Origin: Deltaproteobacteria bacterium
GTDB taxonomy: Bacteria; Myxococcota; Myxococcia; Myxococcales; UBA5297
Length of the DNA: 55,143 bases
Assembly: GCA_016218885.1 (NCBI GenBank)
Contig: JACRCT010000256.1
Location: 1-55,143 of the forward strand
Reading direction: 5' to 3'
Under the pieces are notes generated by a model. The model was given only the letters and a program-made list of their open reading frames with translations. It searched no databases and was not told where the DNA came from. The position numbers and the translations under genes are program-made. Of the stretch, positions 41,314-49,745 are shown piece after piece; position 1 is the first letter of the stretch, and every line of letters starts with the position of its first letter.

Positions 41314-42933
41314 TTACGTCGATCCCGTCGCGCCCAGGGTCTGTGACCAGGCGCCGGTCACACGGGGATACCGGTACGCCAGGGGCCGGGTCGCGCCTGC
41401 GATGATGAGTCGCTCCTTGGCCCGGGTGGCGCCGACGTACGCAACGCGGTTCTCGGCCTCGGCCCCGCCATGGCGCTGGTCCAGGTGCTCCATGTAGGTA
41501 GCCCTGGTCATCTCCGGCACCAGCACCACGGTGTCGGCTTCCCGCCCCTTCGACCCGTGGATGGTGGTCAGGCGCACCTTGGGCTCCACCAGGCTGCCAT
41601 GGCGGGCATGGATCGCCTCGAGGTAGCGCCTGGTCGCGCCGTCCAGCCGTTTCAGCATGCCCAGCGGTCCCTCGGCCGCCGCCACCGACAGCAGGGTGCC
41701 GCCCTGCAGCAGGTTTTTGATGACGCTGGGCGCCAGCTCCCCGTCGAGCTGCGCCGCCCTGGCCTTCACGCCACGAGGGAGCAGGCTCGCACCGTTGCTC
41801 GGGATGAACTCCAGCATCGCCTGGAGGTCGTCGGCCTGGACGTTCCACCCGTAGGCCACCGCCCGGGCGGAGCGCACCGCGGCGAGAAGCTGCGGGCCCA
41901 GGGGGTTCGCGGCCCCGCCACCCTCCACCACGTAGGCCACGCCGGCCGCCTGCAGCTGCTCAGCGACGCCCTCCAGGAAGCAGCGGTTGCGCACCAGGAC
42001 GAACGTCGGGGAGGCCCCGTCGACCTGGCTCAGCGCGGCCTCGAGCGGCAGGTAGTCGACGGAACCGCCGACCTGTCGCGGCGTGTAGGTCTTCCTGATG
42101 CGGTTCTGGTTGCGGGCGACGAGCTGCATGGCCAGCGCGTGCACCGTGGCTGGGACCCGGTACGACTGCGCCAGGACCGTCGTCGGGTGAGCCCGGGACA
42201 GCGCCAGGAGCCAGCCGGGATCCGCACCCTGGAAGCCGTAGATGGCCTGGTCATCATCCCCCGCCACGTAGACCTGCCGGCAGTGTCCGAACCACGCCTG
42301 CACCGCCCGGACCTGCAAGGGGGAGAGGTCCTGCGCCTCGTCCACGAAGGCCACCTTCACGTCGGGCCGCAGGCCCCGGGCGAGCGCCTCCTCAAGCATG
42401 TCGTTGAAGTCGACCACCCGCTTGTCACGCTTGAACGAGACGTAGCGGCTGACGAAGCGGCGGAAGGAGCCGGCGACGACCCGCGCCGGAGCCCGCGCCA
42501 GCGTGGTCTCAACATCCAGCCCCCGGTTCCGCCCCCATTCGTAGGTGGCGCGGAGGAGGTCGTCCGTCGTCTGCCGGGGCGCCGAGCCGAGCGGGTCCTC
42601 CATGTTGGTCCAACCCACCGCGGTGAAGCGGTAGCCGTGGGCGCGACCGAACTCGCTCCAGTGCCGGCCGTCCAGGACCCGATCCGGAGCGAGGTTGAGG
42701 AGGCGGAACGCCGTGCCGTGAATTGTGCGGAGCCAGGGGAAGTCCTTCCCGTCGATGTCGAACCGCCGTCCCACCCTGGCGAGGACCTCTTCCCTAGCCG
42801 CCCGGGTGAAACTCACGAAAGCGACGTCCTCTGGGCTGGTGTCCCCGGACAGCTCGGACTCCAGGCGCTGGAGCAGCGCCGTGGTCTTCCCCGTGCCGGG
42901 GGGCCCCAGCAGGACCTCGAGGTTGGAGGTCAC
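41314..42933 (-). CDS. UvrD/Rep-like superfamily 1 helicase
   Basis: 539 aa. Walker A LLGPPGTGKTT, Walker B AFVDEAQDLSP, C-terminal TIHGSKGREADTVVL and VGATRAKERL. 4-nt overlap with prim-pol. Confidence 0.85.
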   Translation of the reverse strand: MTSNLEVLLGPPGTGKTTALLQRLESELSGDTSPEDVAFVSFTRAAREEVLARVGRRFDIDGKDFPWLRTIHGTAFRLLNLAPDRVLDGRHWSEFGRAHGYRFTAVGWTNMEDPLGSAPRQTTDDLLRATYEWGRNRGLDVETTLARAPARVVAGSFRRFVSRYVSFKRDKRVVDFNDMLEEALARGLRPDVKVAFVDEAQDLSPLQVRAVQAWFGHCRQVYVAGDDDQAIYGFQGADPGWLLALSRAHPTTVLAQSYRVPATVHALAMQLVARNQNRIRKTYTPRQVGGSVDYLPLEAALSQVDGASPTFVLVRNRCFLEGVAEQLQAAGVAYVVEGGGAANPLGPQLLAAVRSARAVAYGWNVQADDLQAMLEFIPSNGASLLPRGVKARAAQLDGELAPSVIKNLLQGGTLLSVAAAEGPLGMLKRLDGATRRYLEAIHARHGSLVEPKVRLTTIHGSKGREADTVVLVPEMTRATYMEHLDQRHGGAEAENRVAYVGATRAKERLIIAGATRPLAYRYPRVTGAWSQTLGATGST

Positions 42934-45140
42934 GGTGTCACCTCGGCGCCGAAGTCAGGGTTGTCACTCGACGGCGACTCCGTCGCCGGCTCGGTCTGCC
43001 CGGTGGCCTCGTAGGCGACCGCCGGTGCGGGCGTCGGCCAAGGTGGCGGAGCTGAGGGGCTGGCCGCCGGCGCGGGATTGACCGGCTGGTTCTTGAGCTT
43101 GGCTGCCCAAGCCTTGACCGTGTCCTTGGGCCCGGGACCGTGCCGCTGCGTCTTGTATGCCAGTCCCAGGTTCTTGAGGTGACGGGAGATGTCGTCGACC
43201 CGGACCTTTTCCAACATGATGTTGACCTTCCGCGAGATCGCGGCCGTCTTAAAGAGCACCTTGCCGTGGACCACGAAGCCCTTGCCGTCATCCAGATCTT
43301 CGATGGAGTCCCCGTGGATCAGCTCATCCACGGCGCGCTTGACGGCCTCGTGCAGGGCGCCGTCGGTGGTGCCCTCGGCGGGGAGGTCGATGATGGTGGC
43401 GGCCTTCATCCATGCCGCGACGATCCGCTCCCACTTGAGGCTGGCGTTCTTGCCCTTCGGCAGCTGGGCGAACAGCTGCGTGCACTCGAAGTACCGCTTC
43501 CTGAACCCGCTCGGGTTCAACAGGTGGTCGGTGGAGAACTTGTGCCAGACGCCGCCGATCTGGAGTTCATGCCGAGGGGTCTCGCCGGTGAAGATCCTCA
43601 CCTGCTGGACCCCGAGATGGGCGCCAGCTCCGCCGGGCAGCGCCGGTGACGCTGGCGTGGTCGGCGCGGCGCCGGCCGTGGACAGCGCTGCTCCGCCCGG
43701 TGCAGGCGCCACCGGCGTGGAGAGCTGCAGGGCCGCCGCTCCCCCGTCCTCGCCCTCGTTCACCCTGGCCAGCGCGGCCAGGACCTTCTCGCGGATGTAC
43801 TCGGCGCCGCGCAGGAGAGCGTGCCTGTCGGGCCGACGCGCCAAGGCAGTCGCAAGCGTTGACGGGTCCTCGACGCCCTTCTTCACCAGCATCATGAGGA
43901 AGCCGGCGTCGTACCCCTCGGGCGTCGCCGGCAGCCGCTGGCCGGCCGCGTCGCACGCGGGCTTCCCGGTCCCGTCCAACAGGGTCTGCAGCCGGACGTG
44001 GCGGGCCACCAGGTCGCCCACCTCGGGCGGCATCGCGTCGCCGATGCGGATGAGGTGCTCGGGCACGGTGCCTTGCCCGAGCGGGCGCTGCACCACGCCA
44101 GCGTCGACCACCGCTTCGGGCTCGGGCTCCTCGAGCTCACAGGCATCGTCGTCGACAAGGAACCCCTCGCGCCGGAGCAGGTCGCGCCGCTCCATGCCAG
44201 CCTCGAAGGCATCCAGGTCGAGTTGGTCGCCGTGCCAGCAGCCGGCACCCTCCAGGCCGACCCCAGTCTCGCCGTGGCCCGTAGAGAAGCAGGCCCACCG
44301 CGTCGCGCTGTCCCCCAGCTTGCCGAAGCACCCATGGTGGTCGCAGGCGGGGCAGCGGCGCGACCGGCCAGCGAAGGAGAGCGGATTGGCGGCGTTGTAG
44401 GCGTCCACCGCGGCCTGGAACCCGGTCATGGGCCGGTCGGGGCGCGGGCCAGAGACCCGGGTCTCCTCGCTCTCCTCCAGGCCGAGATAGGCGCCAACCT
44501 TATCCCGAAGGTCGTCGGGGAGCTCGCCGAGCCGGGCTTCAGCCTCGCAGGCCAGTGCGACGGCCTCCACCTCGCTCCACCCGTGCCGCACCAACAGGGT
44601 GGCGACGGCCAGCCGGACCATGTGGACGCGGAGTTCGGCCGCCTCGATCTCCATGATGGGGAGCTCGTTCTCGAACTGGACCTTTTCGCCCGAGGGGTGG
44701 GTCGAGCCGGGGAAGACGGTCTGGAGCGCCTCGGCCCGAAGCTCCAGGAGGGTCTTGGGCGCCCCCCCGGAGCCGTTCACGTCCGTGAACTTCAGCACCT
44801 TGGCGCCCTTCGCCCGGTAGAGGCGGTGGGAGCTCGGCCGAGATGCCCGGCCAAAGGTGCGGGTGCCTGGCAGGAAGTGATGTGCGAGGCGAACGGCCTC
44901 GTCGCAGTCGAGGTCGGCGTCCACCAGCTCGCCGCTGGCGGCGCCGAGGATGATCCCGATGTTGCCCAAGTTGTCGCCGAACCAATTGGCCACCGTGTCC
45001 ATGGTGACCTTCAGGTCCTTCCAGTCCTTGGTGATGGGCCCCTTCGCCTTGTAGGGGACGGGGATCGGGCTGAATCCTTCGTTGATGTAGGTCTTGGCCC
45101 ACTCACGAGGAGTGGAGTTGCTTCCGTTGAACGTGTTCAC
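42930..45140 (-). CDS. bifunctional DNA primase-polymerase (prim-pol) domain protein
   Basis: 736 aa with a GTG start. N-terminus GFSPIPVPYKAKGP...NIGIILGAASGELVDADLD (prim-pol signature). Zinc motif CPACDHHGC. Long Ala/Pro linker. Confidence 0.8.
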   Translation of the reverse strand: MNTFNGSNSTPREWAKTYINEGFSPIPVPYKAKGPITKDWKDLKVTMDTVANWFGDNLGNIGIILGAASGELVDADLDCDEAVRLAHHFLPGTRTFGRASRPSSHRLYRAKGAKVLKFTDVNGSGGAPKTLLELRAEALQTVFPGSTHPSGEKVQFENELPIMEIEAAELRVHMVRLAVATLLVRHGWSEVEAVALACEAEARLGELPDDLRDKVGAYLGLEESEETRVSGPRPDRPMTGFQAAVDAYNAANPLSFAGRSRRCPACDHHGCFGKLGDSATRWACFSTGHGETGVGLEGAGCWHGDQLDLDAFEAGMERRDLLRREGFLVDDDACELEEPEPEAVVDAGVVQRPLGQGTVPEHLIRIGDAMPPEVGDLVARHVRLQTLLDGTGKPACDAAGQRLPATPEGYDAGFLMMLVKKGVEDPSTLATALARRPDRHALLRGAEYIREKVLAALARVNEGEDGGAAALQLSTPVAPAPGGAALSTAGAAPTTPASPALPGGAGAHLGVQQVRIFTGETPRHELQIGGVWHKFSTDHLLNPSGFRKRYFECTQLFAQLPKGKNASLKWERIVAAWMKAATIIDLPAEGTTDGALHEAVKRAVDELIHGDSIEDLDDGKGFVVHGKVLFKTAAISRKVNIMLEKVRVDDISRHLKNLGLAYKTQRHGPGPKDTVKAWAAKLKNQPVNPAPAASPSAPPPWPTPAPAVAYEATGQTEPATESPSSDNPDFGAEVTP

Positions 45141-45494
45141 TGCGTTCCCCTTGCTCGCCTATCGGGCGAGCAGCTCGGGGACCCCCTTGGCCATGAAGGG
45201 ACCGGTGCCTTCCGGTGTACGTGGTCAAGTTGGCGGTGCGCTCACTGGGCTCGGTCCGATCCCCATATTCTTGCGCGGCTTGGGTGCTGCTCTATCCGAG
45301 GGTCTTGGCGGTCTCGTTGAACTCGTTGGTGCTGCGGCGCCCTGCCAACTTCGGCATGGCGGTCCTGCACGCGCACCACTCGGTCCCGGGCGAGAGCCTC
45401 GCCGTCGACATCGACCTATACTTTTGGTGGCGCACGCTGAACTCCCTGGCCCCGTCGTCGCCTTGTCCGCGGCGCGGGGCTTCCTCATGTGCGG

Positions 45495-45674
45495 CTACGC
45501 CCGGCGCTCCTCGAGCTCAAGGAACATCTCGAACGCTTCGTTCATCAGGTCGGTGATGGGCGGCAGGAGGCCGCCGTCCCGGCGGGCCCGGCGGAGCCGG
45601 AGGTCCTCGAAACGGAGGCGGCGGCGGCGAGGCGTCGTGATGGTGAGGCGGATGAGATCGGTGTTCTTGGTCAT
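45495..45674 (-). CDS. possible ribbon-helix-helix protein (59 aa, below ORF-track cutoff)
   Basis: My own translation: MTKNTDLIRLTITTPRRRRLRFEDLRLRRARRDGGLLPPITDLMNEAFEMFLELEERRA. GGAGGA RBS 8 nt upstream. Beta-strand then helix pattern resembles CopG/Arc. Confidence 0.4.
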   Translation of the reverse strand: MTKNTDLIRLTITTPRRRRLRFEDLRLRRARRDGGLLPPITDLMNEAFEMFLELEERRA

Positions 45675-45687
45675 CTTTGTGTCCTCC

Positions 45688-45706
45688 GCGGCGCATCTGG
45701 CGCCGC
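45688..45706. promoter_or_regulatory. 7-bp-arm palindrome abutting the RBS of the RHH-like gene
   Basis: gcggcgc-atctg-gcgccgc read directly. Immediately upstream (in gene orientation) of the GGAGGA at 45682-87. Confidence 0.4.
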
Positions 45707-45819
45707 ACCTGAATGAAAGCTAGGTGACGGGGCGCAGTCTCACAAACGCACCTTGGTGACCGTCAGCACGCCGCCGGCAACGGCGGGGCCCCGCACTGGC
45801 GACCCCGCCCCGAAGTCCA

Positions 45820-46125
45820 CTAGGCCGTTGGCCCGGGCTGGTGGAGCGGGGTGACCTCCGCCTTCGCGACCTCTCCCACAGCGGCCGTGATGGAAGCAGC
45901 GACCGGATGCGCAGCGCGGAACTCCGCCTGGCGGACGACCCCTTCCAACTCCAGCGCCATCTGCGCGTCGAAGATGTGGGAGCTAGCGCGCTCGAGTTCC
46001 TTCGCGTCGCACGCGTCTGCGGCGCAGTCGAGCTGGATGCAGAGCTGCTCGCGGAGGAAGTCTGTGAGGTGCTCGACCTGGTGCTCGTGGAGTTCCAGGG
46101 TCAGCTTCTTGAACTTGGGATGCAT
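45820..46125 (-). CDS. small hypothetical protein
   Basis: ATG 46125. 101 aa, acidic and helical (MHPKFKKLTLELHEHQVEHLTDFLREQL...). The upstream part of track ORF 45820..46497 is Arg/Ser/Pro-rich and rejected. Confidence 0.5.
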   Translation of the reverse strand: MHPKFKKLTLELHEHQVEHLTDFLREQLCIQLDCAADACDAKELERASSHIFDAQMALELEGVVRQAEFRAAHPVAASITAAVGEVAKAEVTPLHQPGPTA

Positions 46126-46257
46126 GATGCTCCTTGAAGAGATGAAGGCGCAGATCGACCGCCCGGCATGGGCGACGACCTGGGCACGGGCCGACTGGGC
46201 ACGTGCAGATGCGACACGCGGCGCCCGCCACCATGGCGAAGCGCCTCTGCTGGGCGT

Positions 46258-46274
46258 CCCGGCGTAGCGCCGGG
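46258..46274. repeat. palindrome copy 1 (cccggcg-tag-cgccggg)
   Basis: Read directly. 7-bp arms and a 3-nt centre. Confidence 0.6.
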
Positions 46275-46278
46275 GGGC

Positions 46279-46297
46279 CGAGGCGGTGCTGCTGCCT
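46279..46297. repeat. 19-nt exact repeat, copy A (cgaggcggtgctgctgcct)
   Basis: Identical 19-mer at 47500-47518. Flanking similarity extends to about 50 nt (ctgggcgt[c/g]ccggc...). Confidence 0.7.
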
Positions 46298-46329
46298 GAC
46301 CTGTCTGCGGGCGACTGCCCGCTCTTCAT

Positions 46330-46346
46330 CTCGGCGTAGCGCCGAG
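46330..46346. repeat. palindrome copy 2 (ctcggcg-tag-cgccgag)
   Basis: Read directly. Same core as copy 1, with a compensatory c>t / g>a change that keeps the arms complementary. Lies 72 nt from copy 1. Confidence 0.6.
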
Positions 46347-46475
46347 GGGGCCTGTGAGCCGGCCCTGGGGAGCGCATCTGCTGCCGCGCTCGATGGTCCC
46401 GATCATGATCCTCGGGACTTGGTGCAACGTTTCGACATGTACGCATCGCCGAGCCGGTGGTCAAGTCGACGCGAG

Positions 46476-46486
46476 CCCCCCCCCCC
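46476..46486. repeat. C11 homopolymer tract
   Basis: gcgag-ccccccccccc-tcgg counted directly. Lies in the 445-nt gap without a convincing ORF. Confidence 0.7.
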
Positions 46487-46570
46487 TCGGAGTGCAACTC
46501 CGCCAGCAGCCCCGGCGCACCGCGAAGGTGGGGAGGCCGCCCGGCACCTCCCCACCTACGCTTGCCCAGC

Positions 46571-46936
46571 CTACTGCGCCGACAGCGTCGGCTTCTCCGC
46601 CTCGCCGCGGGTCTCCACCGGCGCCACGGCCGGCACGGTCATGCGCTTGTTCCCGATCCACTGTTCCGCCGGCTCGCTGGGGCTCTCCGGGGCCTGAGCC
46701 GTGTCGCCCGCATCGAACGCCTCGTCCACCGCCGCCTCGATGGCGGCGTCGTCCAGGTGGGTAATGAAGTGGCGAAGGATGGAGATGTCGTCCTCTGCGC
46801 CCGCCAGGACCTCGGGCGGGTGGTGGTGACCGCAGTTGCCAAGCGCGCAACGCAGCGTGTTGTCGATGAAGGCGTTGAGCGCCTGCTTGATGGTGGCGAT
46901 GTCGATGCTGTCGAAGCAGCCGTGGATGTGTGCCAT
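46571..46936 (-). CDS. hypothetical protein
   Basis: 121-aa ORF. The N-half is globular with Cys/His residues (HGCFDS...RCALGNCGHHHPPE). The C-half is acidic/Pro-rich. Confidence 0.45.
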   Translation of the reverse strand: MAHIHGCFDSIDIATIKQALNAFIDNTLRCALGNCGHHHPPEVLAGAEDDISILRHFITHLDDAAIEAAVDEAFDAGDTAQAPESPSEPAEQWIGNKRMTVPAVAPVETRGEAEKPTLSAQ

Positions 46937-47012
46937 TGGGTGTCCTTGTCGCTGAAGGTGGAGGGCGGCAGCGTGGTGGCCTCACGGCCACCCCGCCGCG
47001 CATCCCGGGGTG

Positions 47013-47342
47013 CTAGCGGTGGGTGGGCACCTTCTGGTGGGCGGCAGCCTTCGCGGCGGCCTTGGCCTTGGAGAGGGTGCTCTTTGCGTCCTTCAAGCTC
47101 GCGCCGAGATGCCCCAGGCGAGCAAGCAAACCGGCGCACTCAGCTTCGAGCGCAGCGGTGTGACCCTTTCGGAACTGGCCTGCCAACTTCATCGCGGTGT
47201 TGATTTCCAGGATTGCGGCCGTCACCGTATCGTGGTCGCCATCCAGGTGTGCTTCGAGGGCCAAGTGAAGCGTCCGCTTCTGCTCCTCCTCGAGTGTACG
47301 GGCCGCAAACGCCATCGCATCCGAATCCAGATCGAAGTTCAT
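47013..47342 (-). CDS. small hypothetical helical protein
   Basis: ATG 47342 after GGAGCAAGGG. 109 aa. The upstream part of track ORF 47013..47609 is rejected. Confidence 0.5.
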   Translation of the reverse strand: MNFDLDSDAMAFAARTLEEEQKRTLHLALEAHLDGDHDTVTAAILEINTAMKLAGQFRKGHTAALEAECAGLLARLGHLGASLKDAKSTLSKAKAAAKAAAHQKVPTHR

Positions 47343-47499
47343 CCCTTGCTCCTTTGAAATCCATGTTGGTTGCCCTGGCGCGCCCCAGGGCGCGACGAGG
47401 CGCCGGCGCAGGTCCGCGATGCCAGTGGCGTCGGGGAGCGGCGTCGGGTGCTGCCTGCGTGCTGCGAACTGGGCGTGCCGGCTTCCGAGTTCCGGCGGT

Positions 47500-47518
47500 C
47501 GAGGCGGTGCTGCTGCCT
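47500..47518. repeat. 19-nt exact repeat, copy B (cgaggcggtgctgctgcct)
   Basis: Identical to 46279-46297. Both copies sit about 155-175 nt upstream of a small minus-strand gene start (46125 and 47342). Confidence 0.7.
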
Positions 47519-47787
47519 CCGGGCGTGCTGCTCTGATCGGGCCGAGACACAGGCCGGTGCGGCGATCGACGAAGGCCGGGATGCGACCTTCGGAGCTACG
47601 GGCGCTCACTCATCTGCAGTGAGGAGATCTGAACGTACGGGATCTTCCCGAATCGCGCAAATCCGAGAAGCTAGTTCTGCTGTACGCGGAGCCGCGTCCG
47701 AAAATCCCTAGTGATGGCCGGTACAAGGAGTAGGAACAGCGCGCTGTACGGCGCTGATGCCCTGCTCATCTCACTGGAGGCATCACC

Positions 47788-48663
47788 ATGATCGAGAAGC
47801 TCCGCAGCACCCTCGCGGCCAAGGGGGGGGCTCACCTTGGCGACATCACCTACTGGACTCTGAGTGACGCTCGCATCTCTCGCCCGACGCTCGAGACGGT
47901 CTGGGCGTCCGCCGGCCTCGACCCTGCCCACCTGCCGGAGCCGCCCACGGCCGAGAGGGCCATCAAGTTGGCAGCCCGTATGGCCGGCACCGGCCAGGCG
48001 GACCGGCTCGTGCGCTTGGGCCTTGAGTCGGAGAGCCAGGTCATCTTCACGGTGATCCGGGAGCAGCGGCTCGGCGACGGCTCGCTCACCTACGCGCAGG
48101 AGGCCCGCGTGGTCCTGGACCGGAACACCGAGCTCGCGTCCACGGATTCGCCCGGTCACGACCTGGCGGAAGGCATCTTGGCGCGGTTCGCCGAGCTGAA
48201 GGACACGCACCCCAGCGACGACGTCCGCAGGGCGGTCATGAACGTGCTCGGCTCCTGCGCGAGCATCACCCTGCGGGATCACGGCGGCGTGTACTGGATC
48301 CCCGCACCCCACGCCGCCACGCTCCGCAAGCTGCAGGCTGCCATCGAGAAGATCGGCACCTCCCGCGTCTACCTTCTCCCCGTCCACGCCAGCGCCGACG
48401 CCACCAAGACGCTCGGAGAGGCCGCCGTCGCTGCGCTCACCGAGGAGCTCAACGCGCTCAAGACGGAGGTGGAAGGCTTCGTCGCTGCGCCGCCGGAGCG
48501 GCAGTCCACTCTGGTGCGGCGGCTGGACCAGTACGACGAACTGCGCGGGCGTGCCGAGCTCTACCGGTCCGTCCTGTCGGTGACTGTGGCCGACCTCGAG
48601 TCCACACTTACCTCGCTCACCGCGTCGGTCGAGCAGTTGCTCAATGCGAAGGCGGCGGCGTAG
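47788..48663 (+). CDS. hypothetical protein (291 aa), first gene of the plus-strand block
   Basis: ATG after GGAGG. Globular N-region and coiled-coil C-terminus. Contains a G8 tract at codons 12-15 (47823-47830). Confidence 0.6.
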   Translation: MIEKLRSTLAAKGGAHLGDITYWTLSDARISRPTLETVWASAGLDPAHLPEPPTAERAIKLAARMAGTGQADRLVRLGLESESQVIFTVIREQRLGDGSLTYAQEARVVLDRNTELASTDSPGHDLAEGILARFAELKDTHPSDDVRRAVMNVLGSCASITLRDHGGVYWIPAPHAATLRKLQAAIEKIGTSRVYLLPVHASADATKTLGEAAVAALTEELNALKTEVEGFVAAPPERQSTLVRRLDQYDELRGRAELYRSVLSVTVADLESTLTSLTASVEQLLNAKAAA

Positions 48664-48698
48664 CCGGCATGCGCTACCCTCGACCCGGAGAGGCCATC

Positions 48699-48947
48699 AT
48701 GTGGATCGTCGAGTGGCTGCTAAGCCCCAAGGCGGTCGAGGACCTATCGACCGACGAGCTCCGAGAAGAGGTCAGCCGCTTCCGGAAGGACGTCCTCAAG
48801 AAGCGCGCCGGCGACCCCCGGCGCCGCGACGGGGTCATGGGCCGCTGGCGGACACTCGTGAAGGCAGGCGAGGTCGACGAGGTCATCGTTGAGCGCCCGA
48901 AGGTGCACCTGGCAGACCCGCGCAGGAAGCGCGTGAAGAAGAGCTAG
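48699..48947 (+). CDS. small hypothetical protein
   Basis: ATG 48699 after GGAGAGG. 82 aa, basic C-terminus. Confidence 0.4.
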   Translation: MWIVEWLLSPKAVEDLSTDELREEVSRFRKDVLKKRAGDPRRRDGVMGRWRTLVKAGEVDEVIVERPKVHLADPRRKRVKKS

Positions 48948-49027
48948 GCCCGGGTCGTGGCGTTCTCCAAGATTGCCACGCCCGCCGGACCGCTCCCCGG
49001 GCCCCAGGCCCAAGCACCGGTGGAGAG

Positions 49028-49675
49028 CTACGGCCAGAAGTAGCGTGTGGGTCCGGCCGGCCGAACAACCTCCTCGGCCTCGCCTTCGCTATCGCCAACC
49101 GCATGAAGGTCCCGAGTCCAGCGGCCTGATGCTCCCTGCCAGCAGGCCCAAGCTGACAGGACGGCATCGAACTCGTCGTCCGAGGCCATGGCCAACGTTG
49201 GTTGTCCAAGAAGTCCGCCAAGCCAACGGACCATGGCCACGCGCGACCCGGCCCAGTCGTACTTGCTTCCCGAGAGCGCGAAGTAGAGCACCTTGGGGTG
49301 CGTCTCCGTGACCAGGAGCCCGGGCGCGCGGTGTCGCAGCACATGCACGACGCTCATGCCGTTCACGCACATGGCGCCGTACATGGAGTTCGAGCTGACG
49401 ACGCTGGGCGCGACCCTTGGATAAGTCGTCCGAAGCCACACGTCCGCTCGCCGCCATCCCTTCGGGCCCAGCGACCACTCAGTGAGCGTGTCTACCCCGA
49501 GGCCGGCGATAGCCTCCGGGCCGCAGCCGCCAGAGAAGTACTCGAGAAACTGGCCAGCCGTACGAAGCAGCCGCGCTTCGACCGAGCGCACCAATCCAGT
49601 TGCCGGATCGACGTCGAGTCTCGCGGCCCCATGCGCGCCGTCGCCGCCAGGGTCGTACCCGAAGAAGGTCGCCAT
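49028..49675 (-). CDS. RNase H-fold (DUF429/RuvC-like) protein, tentative
   Basis: ATG 49675. 215 aa. MATFFGYDPGGDGAHGAARL (Asp-containing first strand), LVTETHPKV, and SDDEFDAVLSAWA near the C-terminus. Confidence 0.45.
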   Translation of the reverse strand: MATFFGYDPGGDGAHGAARLDVDPATGLVRSVEARLLRTAGQFLEYFSGGCGPEAIAGLGVDTLTEWSLGPKGWRRADVWLRTTYPRVAPSVVSSNSMYGAMCVNGMSVVHVLRHRAPGLLVTETHPKVLYFALSGSKYDWAGSRVAMVRWLGGLLGQPTLAMASDDEFDAVLSAWACWQGASGRWTRDLHAVGDSEGEAEEVVRPAGPTRYFWP

Positions 49676-49745
49676 GGTTGCTCGATACCACGTGACCGCC
49701 ACCCAGTCCCCCACCATCCGGTGCCACACGCGCCGCCGAGGCCCC

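Noticed and set aside
45094-45723. 209-aa plus-strand ORF and the 45225..45488 minus-strand ORF upstream of prim-pol
   Set aside because: Both give low-complexity Arg/Ser/Pro-rich products. The region is better explained as a non-coding leader plus the 59-aa RHH-like gene on the minus strand.
45723-45765. GGTGAC(G/C)G motifs near the RHH gene as further copies of the TGTGACC iteron
   Set aside because: They share only the GTGAC pentamer, which is common in G+C-rich coding DNA (Val-Thr codons). This is not enough to link them to the 41079-41192 cluster.
45820-46497. Full 225-aa ORF, and the overlapping ORFs 46203..46697, 46354..46764, 46457..47203 and 46461..47003
   Set aside because: Only the C-terminal 101 aa of the first ORF look like a protein. 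The others are Arg/Pro/Ala-rich shadows crossing a region that carries palindromes, repeats and a C11 tract.
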